20,000 nt of DNA, taken from assembly GCF_000181795.1 (NCBI RefSeq), contig NW_003526944.1, positions 3,123,243 through 3,143,242 on the forward strand. Direction: 5' to 3'. Made by a program: the position numbers and the translations under genes. The notes beneath the pieces were generated by a model. It worked only from the letters and a program-made list of their open reading frames with translations, was not told the DNA's origin and did no database searches. This document shows positions 10,780 through 20,000 of this stretch, in pieces. Each line of letters begins with the position of its first letter. The stretch's first letter is position 1. The stretch is from Trichinella spiralis (Eukaryota).

Positions 10780-11466
10780 TGTTCGACAAAAATCACATTC
10801 AGATGGAAATGAAAATGATTAATTTAACAATTTATTCCAATTTTTTGAGATATACGTATTCAACTTTATTGAAACAACTGCGCACTTTTCAAATATTATA
10901 AAATATCCAGAGAGTCGGGTTGAATATTCGATCGTCAGGTTCTCCTGACCGTCTAGTATCAGAGCGGCAATTCAGAATTCAGATGCGCTCGAAATCGTTC
11001 ATCACCCTAGGTGCTAAGTAAAGTGGTTTCAATTCACACTACTTCAACGTCTGTATCAAGTATCAGCATCTTCCTTTTCCGCTGATACAGATCAAATCAG
11101 TTTTCTCGACTTATCGTGTGGTTACTGTTTTCATACACACTATTGGCACTGTTTACAGGAATCAGACTAGTTCCGTTTCTACGTGAACTCCCTGATTCAA
11201 GAATGAAGTACACAATTGTCTCTGTTTACGCAGTTTATTACGCAAAACAGTGATTTCGTACAAACGTACAACAACTGTACCTTCGTTTTCTTACCGGCAA
11301 CTGTTCCAACTGCAACGATTGCACTGAATCAACAATAATCGATGGAATGAAATCTTTATTACTGTTCAGTATATTCGCAATTAATCAAATCTATTTTTAT
11401 CATACAGTAATCTTACAACAGGAAATTGGATATTCAAGATATCCATTTTTATCACTGTTCACAACA
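10780..11466 (-). repeat. 3' LTR of the Pao element (left boundary approximate)
   Basis: On the minus strand it begins TGTTGTGAACAG right after the PPT. Minus-strand AATAAA occurs at 10865-10870 and 10831-10836, and a candidate ...AACA end is at 10780. Bases 11074-11461 align with the other copy. Confidence 0.7.
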
Positions 11467-11476
11467 CTCCCGTCCC
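11467..11476 (-). other. Polypurine tract (GGGACGGGAG) of the retrotransposon
   Basis: Lies between the pol stop (11492) and the TG start of the 3' LTR. Confidence 0.75.
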
Positions 11477-11491
11477 GATGGACGTTGAGCA

Positions 11492-11951
11492 TCATCCTGT
11501 ATCAGCTGGTTCTAACAGGTAGAATCTTGCCACTGGACGTATAAAGGTTCCTTTGGTGGTCTTCACTTGTACTATTCTAGACAGTCCATCACTTCCAGTA
11601 AGTACTGATGTTATTCTTCCTGTTGGCCAGTTTTCTCTTTTCATATTGTCTTCCTTAACGAGTACAATATCAACTCCCTTTGGTTCTGGTCGCTTTGTCA
11701 TCCACTTCGTGCAATTAACAAATGTCGTGATATACTCGTGTCAAAATCTTTTCTCAAAATGGAGCATGATTTGTTGCCGTTTTCTCCACTTTACGATTCG
11801 GCGATAAATCGTCTTCTTCCACAGTTGGTGGCGATATAATGAGTATATCGCTGAATGATCATCCAATTATAAAGTGGAAAGGTGTTAATGCATCCGCGTC
11901 TTTCACGTCGTCTCCAACGAATGTTAACGGTCGTGCATTTATCTTTGCTTC
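11492..11951 (-). pseudogene. pol: Pao pol C-terminal remnant (end of integrase core plus DUF5641-like tail)
   Basis: EAKINARPLTFVGDD...ALTPFHFIIG and DIVLVKEDNMKRENWPTGRITSVLTGSDGLSRIVQVKTTKGTFIRPV are typical BEL/Pao motifs. Stops and frameshifts are present. Confidence 0.88.
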
Positions 11952-11952
11952 T

Positions 11953-12843
11953 CCGGTGAGATGTTGTAACTCAACTCATCATTCTCACAATTCCATATCA
12001 TCCCAAGTGTTTTCACCTGTTGATGATCTTCAACCTTTTCAGTTGGTATGTTATTCATAATTGCTGAAATATTACTAGTCCATTTCCACTCTCCATCAGC
12101 TTTCTGAGCTTTTCTACTTGTCTGATTGCTTCTTCTTCACAAGACAGAACAATGTCATCAATGTGCATGTTTTTCCTTACATTCTCAGCTGCCATTGCAG
12201 ATTCCGCTTCCATTATAATCGCTTGGTGATGTGGTACAGCCATCGCCAAGAATGGTGAGCAGTTCAATCCGAATGTAACACGATTGAAGCGAAAAATTCG
12301 TGATTTCCTGTCCTATTCCATGTTTCTCCACAAGAATCTACTTACATCTTTATCTCCTGGGTCTAGCCGTATCTGCAGGAACATCTTTGAGATGTCCGCT
12401 TGGATTCCAATCTTGAACCGTCAGAATCGTATCAGGATGTCCAGAATCTGTTTCTGTATGTGCGGTCCTGATTCCAAGAAATCATTCAATGAGGGTCCGT
12501 GATAACTAGCTGAGGCATCAAACACAATTCTGCATCTCGTTGACGTTTTGTCGTCGCGATAGACGGCGTGATGTGGTAAATACCAGGTTTTTCCTGCTAT
12601 ACCATCCTTTTCCTTTGTTTCTTCAATCCATCCTCTTTCCATATAGTTCTTGATCACTTCGTTATATTCTTTCGCTCGTTCGTTGTTATAATTTAACATT
12701 TTTTCCAACTGCTGTAATCTTTGTTCTGCTTGTCCATAATTGTTCGGTATTCGAACTTCTGGCGTTTTCCACGGCGGTTTTACCACATATCGTTCTCCAT
12801 CAAACTTGACTTCGTCTTTAAATCGTTCTAAGGTATTGTTCAC
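11953..12843 (-). pseudogene. pol: Pao reverse transcriptase remnant
   Basis: Motifs WYLPHHAVYRDDKTSTRCRIVFDAS, SLNDFLESGP, ADISKMFLQI, FNRVTFGLNCSPFLA, NMHIDD (YxDD decayed) and KWTSN...KTLGMIWN. In-frame stops and a frameshift are present. Confidence 0.92.
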
Positions 12844-12850
12844 TTCACTT

Positions 12851-13239
12851 CTTTTCCACTGATACAGATCAAATCAGTCTTCTCAACTTATCGTGCGGTT
12901 CCTGTTTTCACGCACAGTATTGGAACTGTGCACAGGAATCAGACAAGTTCCGTTTCTACGTAAACTCGTTGATTCGAGCAAGAAGTACACAGTCATCTTC
13001 GTTTACGCAGTTAATTACGCAAAACAGCGATTTCATACGTACGCACAACTGTACCTTCGTTTTCTTAAACGGTAACTGTTCCAACTGTAACGACTGCACT
13101 GAATCAACAATAATCGATGGAATCAAATCTTCATTATCGTCCTATATATTTTCAATCAATGAAATCTATTTTTATCACACAGTAATCTTACCGTAGGAAT
13201 TTGGATATTCAAGATATCTATTTTTATCACTGTTCAGCA
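12851..13239 (-). repeat. Truncated 5' LTR of the Pao element
   Basis: About 87% identical by eye to 11074-11461. It starts TGCTGAACAG on the minus strand and is fused directly to pol-derived sequence. Confidence 0.85.
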
Positions 13240-15899
13240 GTTGTAATTTTGAATGAGACTTATTTCTAAATCATTATTTAGTAACAAAATTGTGTAAACC
13301 AAAAATTTTCAACTTTGCAGATGCTTTAAAGCTAAAAAAAATCAGAGACACTTGTTCTTGAAATGTGCAATTTTTTTCAGCTGAGAAGATTACAAAACAA
13401 GATGCAATTAATGCACTAGTATTTTTATTTCTAAGACATCTAGATTACTTTCAAAAAATATATGACAGTTAATTAGAATTTAAGTAAAGCATTTTATATA
13501 TCGTTTTTCAATTAAAATTATTATTTTTGAAATGAATTTATGATAATAGTGTTATGTTCTATTGATTAATACTTGATTTTTATTTGCTGTAATCGTTACA
13601 ACTTTATGAGTGCTTCAAAATCCATGATTTTATGGATTAGTATACATATAAGATTTATGATTCCTTTAGATTTGTATTAAAACCAAATTTCGCTAATTCA
13701 ATTTTCTTTCGTTTTTCTCAGACGTCATTGGTTGCTTCTTTATAAGTTCACTTTGAATGTAGTAGTTTGCGATAAAAAGAAATGCGAAATGGGAATAAAA
13801 TAATCAAACAACCCATGTCAAATTTATGTTAGTATTATTGTATTGGAATAGTTTTGTAATATCTGCTTATACGATAGATAATACAAATGGCATATGGTTG
13901 CTTTACGAGTGCAATTAATAATGTGCAATTTAGATGTACTGAAATTTTCAATATTATGCAGCTGTGTATTTCATGAGAAATTTGCCAAAACACCTTGTCA
14001 AAATAAATGATATTTTATAATAGAAATAAATAAATATCATTGCTAAAATTTTTTATCAAAACTCATCACGCTTTACATGATATACACTTTTTATACGCGC
14101 TATAGCCTTAGCTATTTTTGGAAGATGGAAAGCGTTTTCTCCAAATTTTCGATTGTGACCGATAAGTGAATGCAAATTAGCATAAGATCTAATATTACAT
14201 TCAACACAGTTCATTGTATTAGTTCAAGTTGACGTAAAGGCATTAAGTTAAGTGGAGGTCCCGATGGGGCTTGGCTTATGAAAAAAAGAATAAGAATGAA
14301 TTAGATATTTTGTATAATGGCAATAGAATACGTTAGAACAATTGAGCAGGTATAGAGTCGCTATGCATTCTGCCATCGTAGCAGTTAAAGTTACTCTCAA
14401 CGTTCCAAATGTAATACTAGTAAGTATTGAAATTATTCTTGATAACAGTTGGATACGTAAACAGAATCGTAAAAGTATGGAATTGCTATACATCCTCGTA
14501 GCTTGGCAGTTCGAGACGGCATCTAGGCGTTCCAAATGTGGTCTGACAAATCAGTAAATATTTAATTTGTTCTTGATAGCAGTGGCTTACGTCAACGCAA
14601 TCAAAGGCTTGAAGTCCTTACTGCCAGTGCCACTCCATGTTAATTCAAATTACCAATAAGTCGTTTCCTACCGGTTCCAATGTAATTTTTTGTTTATTAC
14701 AAATGGAAAGAAAAAATTGAATATTGTTTTTAGTAGTAACAGATTTTGTCAACGCAATGAAAAAATTATGAAGTTGCTACCGCTGCTGTTCTGTATTGGC
14801 CATGAAGGCGTTTCACAGTGATCACAATGCTTATCACAAATAGTAGGAATATTTACTTGAATTATTTAATGCGTAAATATTAAGATGAGAATGACATATT
14901 CTGAACTAAAGAAGAAAGTCACTAAAGGTATTTTTTTGAGAAAACTGACTGGACATGGAAATGACAAATAGCTGAAATATGGAAAAGAAAAAATGACTTT
15001 AAGATTAAGTTAAATGATATTTCAAAAGTAAAATCATGGAAATATAATTAATAATTAAAAATGCAGTAATATACAGTATGTGAATTTGTTTGCGAAGTAA
15101 TAGGCCAATCAGAGAAAGGAAAACGTTATTTCCATGGTTTTAAACCTAATTCGGGAACCTGTCTACGTATGTAGACAAACGATGCTTGGAACAGTACTAT
15201 GATTTAAAATAAAAATAATTAGCCTTATTCATTCAAAAACTTTCGATAAAATTTTATGCTTTATCTTTGATGATCATTTCAGTGATGTTCGATTAGCGAT
15301 AGCGATGCGTAACAAAGGTGCAAGTGAAAGAAAATGCACATCAAGGTAAAAAATTAATATTATAACATATTTTTCTGGTATTTTTTCAAACAGGCATGTA
15401 TATTTAAATGATCATTTTGATCATTTTTTATTTTTATATGCACCGAAATTGAAATAAATATATTTAAAAGAGAATTTTCAGTTTTGTACAGTTAATGTAG
15501 TTGTTTGCAAAATTCTTGTTACTTGTTCTCTACTTGTTATTTTTCGAAGAAGTGTAAATTTAACTGTAGAATAGGCTGAACTTATCAATTTGCATTTGCG
15601 TTATGGCGTTGAATTTCATTGTGAACTGAACAAATCAAATAATACGGAGTACACATTGTTCACTCATATACAAATCAGAGAAATATCACATTTCATGCAG
15701 AGAGTTATTTAACTTTATTGTCACTTTGAATTATTATTTAATAAATTATCCATCATCAGTTTAGATTAGATTAGATTAGACAAATTGCATTTTTTTGTAT
15801 GGTTAATTTTGTTTGTCAGCGCGAGATATTGTTCTGTATGCTTTTATATATTGTTGAAAAGCTTTTTGCGATGAGTTCCATTTATGTAGGTCATTTTTG

Positions 15900-16060
15900 A
15901 ATTTTCAAATCCTTAGTTAAGACATGCGGAGGTGTGTTTTGATTAACTTTTTGTTATGGCGTTTTTTGTCCGATAGTTTATATTTTGACTGAATTTTCAA
16001 ATGTCAAGGTCACTTTTGAAATTTCAAATAGTCCTTTCCTTGTTGGTAGAATTTAGCAGT
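15900..16060. repeat. Degenerate direct repeat, copy 1 (copy 2 at ~16958-17123)
   Basis: Shares AGACATGCGGRGGYGTGTTTTG and GATAGTTTATRTTTTGACTGAATTTTCAA with copy 2. Confidence 0.75.
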
Positions 16061-16957
16061 GCATTCCTTTTGTTCGTATTAAAATCGCGGCATAGGTTAG
16101 AATTGATCTTCAGCAAAAAGGTTCTGATGCACTGAAAACCGGTTTTCGGCTCTGCATTATGCAAATAACGATCGCCATAAAGGTGCCTTATTGTCAGTTA
16201 AAGTGCATTTGTTCGTTTGACTTACGTGGCAGCGTTGTAAAAAGTTCTCTGAGTTTATGACGTTAAATAATTTTTGCTGAAGTCGATTTTTAATTGCTTA
16301 AAAGTAATTTTTCCTTTTTCCATTTGTGTTTTTTTTATTCAAAACATTTGTATACTCATTTTGTAAATGTTATTTTTTTAATTAAAAACCAGTTAATTAT
16401 TACATTTCAAATTACAGTTTTCAATTTGTTGTAATTTTTACTATATGAGAAAACGAGAACAATTTTCATTTAATATCATTATTACAGGTTTAAAGAATGG
16501 AGCAAAGAAACAGTGATAACGCGGGCGACATGGAGCAAATCACGGACGTCACGAAGCAAAATAAGAGAACAGGTATATATTGTGCACTCTTAGTCTCAAT
16601 TCTGTAAGAGTGAGCTGGGGATATTTCAAAAGGGTGAAGTTGTACTTTAATTTAATTAAATTATCTAAGATTGTAATATTTAAAACGTAAGTGAGATATT
16701 TTTCGAGATAATATTGTACATTTTGTCTTTTATATTGTGTTGAGATTAGGAAAGTCTTCATCTTTAGAAAGAATTCCTATCGCACTTAAACCACTTTCTA
16801 ATGCTGCTCGCGTCGAGTCAGTCTGGCCATTAAGCACATCAAATCTTGTCAGTTGCAAATCATTTTTCAGTAGCTAAACAAGCATTTACTTGAAAATCTC
16901 TCAATTTGAAGCGTTTTTGTCAGAAATCAACTTCATTTTATTTGTTTAGTTTTCTAC

Positions 16958-17123
16958 TTTCAAACTTTTTCAGACATGCGGGGGCGTGTTTTGTCTAATT
17001 AAATTGTTTATCATCTTCTGTTAGATAGTTTATGTTTTGACTGAATTTTCAATTGCTGAGCTCTGATAGTCGAGGTGATTTTGAATCTGAAAATGGTCAC
17101 CATCATTGGTTGAATTCGTCAGC
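16958..17123. repeat. Degenerate direct repeat, copy 2
   Basis: Same blocks as 15900-16060, about 1.05 kb downstream. Confidence 0.75.
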
Positions 17124-18000
17124 ATGTTCTCACTTCATTTTCAAAGTCATTTGAAATTATTGCATTCTGATGTGATGTCTTCGCCAGATTAGCTGTTTGC
17201 TGTACATGAGGGTTTCTATTACTTGTATTAGTCGTCGTTAGGTTAAAATTTATCTTCGAGAAGAATTTTCAATGCGCACAATCGCATCAGTGGACAGACA
17301 CCAGATCAGAAGTTCAATGCTGAGATGACCCTGGGTGGATCCATCCGATCCACCCTCGACGGATCGGATGACCTCTTCCGATCCGCCAAAGCTTCCGCAC
17401 CAGATAGCGTGCGTTGCTACGTGAATGCGAATTATTGCACCGACTCTGTGCTCGATATATGCCTCATGCACATCGAAAGGAACCACCTCATGTTTGTACA
17501 CTTACCCTATGGCTTGCAGCTCATCATTATTAATTTACCGCATTACCCCCACTTACATTTGTAAATAAAAACGAAAACTGTAAACTGCTTGTTTCGTGTT
17601 ATAATGTAATTGCATAATTAAATGTACAATTAAAAAATATTAGAACTCATTTTTCTACTTACATTGTGTTTTAATCACTATAATTATTTTTGAAAAACAC
17701 TACTGAAATAAAAAAGTTAATAAAACTTAAGTAATTTAAGAAATAATAAATTCGTTCAATTCACGTTTGGCCAAGTTAAAAAATTTGCATATTACCAACA
17801 CTGAAGTTGAGAGCGACGACGTAATGGGACCTGACATCAGCTTTAAAACAAAATTCATAACCTTATTTAACTTGCTTTATTTGGGCTATTTAGTTGTATG
17901 TGCACGTAGTAAGTGGTATAATCGTTGGTATTGCAAACCTCTATCGTAAATATGGCTGTTGACAGGACGACAGAACATCTTACGTTACATTTCACAGTTA

Positions 18001-18620
18001 AGAAAACTATGTTTGCAGAACGTAATGAAAGCTAGTCGTCGAACTTGTTTACCAGAATTTTCATGCAAATTTTTCACTGTAGCCTTGACGCTTGTTTACT
18101 TTGCAACGATAGCTAACCACTAACCTGAACTTCAAATATATCCATAAAACTCTTCAAAGTGCTTTTTTTTTGTAAATTCACTGATATCTAGTAGACCAGA
18201 AAAGCATAATAATTATTATTGCAAAGTTCTAACGCATACAATCCTTTTGGTGTGATGTTAGATTAAAAGTCGTGAAAATTTTTGTTTGCTCAACGAACTG
18301 AAAAGCGTCTACAGTAGGACCTGTTCATAAGAATATTCATGCAAATTTTTCACCACGGTCTTGGCGCATGTTTACTTTGAAGCAATAATTCAAAACTTGC
18401 CTGAACTTTATATATGCCTATAAAACTTTGTTTAAACTGGTTTTTTCATCAATTCAACGGTACCTAGTAGTCGAAAAGAGCATAATAATTATTATTGTAA
18501 AGTTCTAACTCATATAATCATATTGATCTGCATTCAGATTAAAATCCGTGAAAACTTTTGTTTGTTCACAGTACTGCAAGGCCGCCACAGTAGGACTTGT
18601 TTATCAGAAAAATTTTTATT
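18001..18620. repeat. Diverged tandem repeat, ~276-bp unit, ~2.3 copies
   Basis: Blocks TTCATGCAAATTTTTCAC, TGTTTACTTTG, CCTGAACTT, GCATAATAATTATTATTG(C/T)AAAGTTCTAAC and AGATTAAAA..CGTGAAAA recur at ~276-bp spacing (GTGAAAA at 18272 and 18548). Confidence 0.85.
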
Positions 18621-18684
18621 CCACTGCTATAAGTAGGCTAACGTGCCTTTTCTTGCAATGGTTGTTGCCTACGGTGCGTGTGCG

Positions 18685-18792
18685 TTGGCGTACTCCATGG
18701 GATGACGGGCGAAGAAAACCATTAAAAGCGACTTTGTTTTTTCTTCATTATAACATTATTTCATTGAATTAATTCTTCTACATTTAGATACA
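18685..18792. repeat. Segment duplicated at ~19657-19764
   Basis: Near-identical TTATAACATTATTTCATTRAATTAATTCTTCTACATTTAGATACA and CGAAGAARACCAYTAAAA in both copies. Confidence 0.85.
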
Positions 18793-19656
18793 TAATAATA
18801 GGATATACAGTACTGTACATCATTTGAATTGACAAATTAAGGATAAGAAGGTTACTAAGTAATACTAAGATTCCGAGATTACTAATACTAAGGTTACTAA
18901 GATTTAACTGTTGAAGACGATAAATTCTTAAATTTTCAGTTGTTAAGCTTTAAATTTCATTTTAAACTGAGCAGGTCGAATACACTAAGCGCAGAGTGTT
19001 TTCTATTATGCAGGGCAGAAAAATACTGTTTTCATACAGAAGTTATTTATTTTTATTATCACTCTACATTGTTTTTGAAACTGAACACCATAAGGACATG
19101 AGATAAATCAAAATTTGTATATAGTGAATTTTGCTTGTCAGAGGGCGCAACCAATGTGCACACCCATTGTTTATATTATGTTGACATTAGGTTCTAATTC
19201 ATTATTGTGTAGCATATTCAACTTACGTAAGTCGGCTTTTAACGTTGCATGCGCAGTGTCTGACATTTATGCAAATAGGGGCCGTTTGAAAATTGCCTTC
19301 ATATTAGCCATTAACAAGGTATATTGACTTTGTAAACTAAAAGCAGCGTTGAACGACAATTGCCCAGTTCATTTGTGCATTATGCAATGGCGTAGGCATG
19401 TTCTTAGATATAGAAAATGTTATCTTTTCAAACAAAGGCGTGGTGCAGATTCAACTAAAATTAGCATGCAATTCCAATTTGTTTGCTTTTGAGCTTATGC
19501 GTGGCCCAAATAATGTTTGTTCAACGAAATGAAATACGTTTCATACTTGTTAATCATTGGAAATGAACTTTATGTAAATTTTCCGGAGGCTACTATTAGT
19601 TGCTCTAGAAATTCATTTCAAATGATTGTAGGCGAACGAGGTGCGGCGAATGAACA

Positions 19657-19764
19657 ATGGCGCTTTCAATGCAATGACAGACGAAGAAGACCACTAAAAA
19701 CGGCTTTGTTTTTTATTTATTATAACATTATTTCATTAAATTAATTCTTCTACATTTAGATACA
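19657..19764. repeat. Second copy of 18685-18792 (weaker similarity extends left to ~19514)
   Basis: 972-bp offset; the two plus-strand ORFs both end YNIISLN*. Confidence 0.85.
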
Positions 19765-20000
19765 GAAGAATAGAAGATAAAAGAAGACATCCCAAAGACA
19801 AGGGTAAGTTAGGTAAGTATAATTCTTTGAGTTAGACTAATTAGTTAAACTTCACTGAGGAGATCTTGAGTCTGTAATCTATATAAACTCGAGCTGTAAG
19901 TTATCGAGCATGATTGTTTGTTAATTAGAGTAATTGGATGTAGATCATGAGTATTATTATAATAAATTTGAGTGGCTTTCCGCATTTGAACGTTTTCATG

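Larger units (their letters stand above)
10780..13239 (-). mobile_element. Degenerate, internally deleted BEL/Pao LTR retrotransposon
   Basis: Pao-type RT and integrase-tail remnants lie between two direct repeats of ~390 bp (11074-11461 and 12851-13236). A polypurine tract abuts the left repeat. The left boundary is uncertain and no TSD was found. Confidence 0.9.

Noticed and set aside
15761..15780. (TTAGA)4 resembling telomeric repeat
   Set aside because: Only four pentamer units; an ordinary microsatellite.
18001..18620. CRISPR-like or other prokaryotic array
   Set aside because: Eukaryotic intron-containing context; the units are similar along their whole length, with no unique spacers or cas genes.
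18548..19744. Two plus-strand ORFs sharing the C-terminus PLK..LFF..YNIISLN as a small gene family
   Set aside because: Non-ATG starts; the similarity is fully explained by the DNA duplication.

Overview
AT-rich eukaryotic genomic DNA, probably from a nematode (Trichinella-like; inferred from TTTTCAG/TTTATAG acceptors, short introns and a Pao element). Bases 84-6714 (+) hold a five-exon, double-zinc-finger GATA1/2/3-class transcription factor gene (elt-1/grain/GATA3 orthologue). It encodes 503 aa from ATG 91 and may have a further upstream exon. The ORF track misses both finger exons. A long microsatellite-rich putative 3' UTR follows. About 10780-13239 (-) is a doubly deleted, dead BEL/Pao LTR retrotransposon. 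The last 6 kb holds degenerate direct and tandem duplications, a small inverted-repeat element, an interlocking double hairpin and possible pseudogene debris. I see no convincing wholly new biological system. The best leads are a NAGNAG acceptor apparently shared with vertebrate GATA3, retained ancestral GATA123 motifs, and candidate intronic enhancers.
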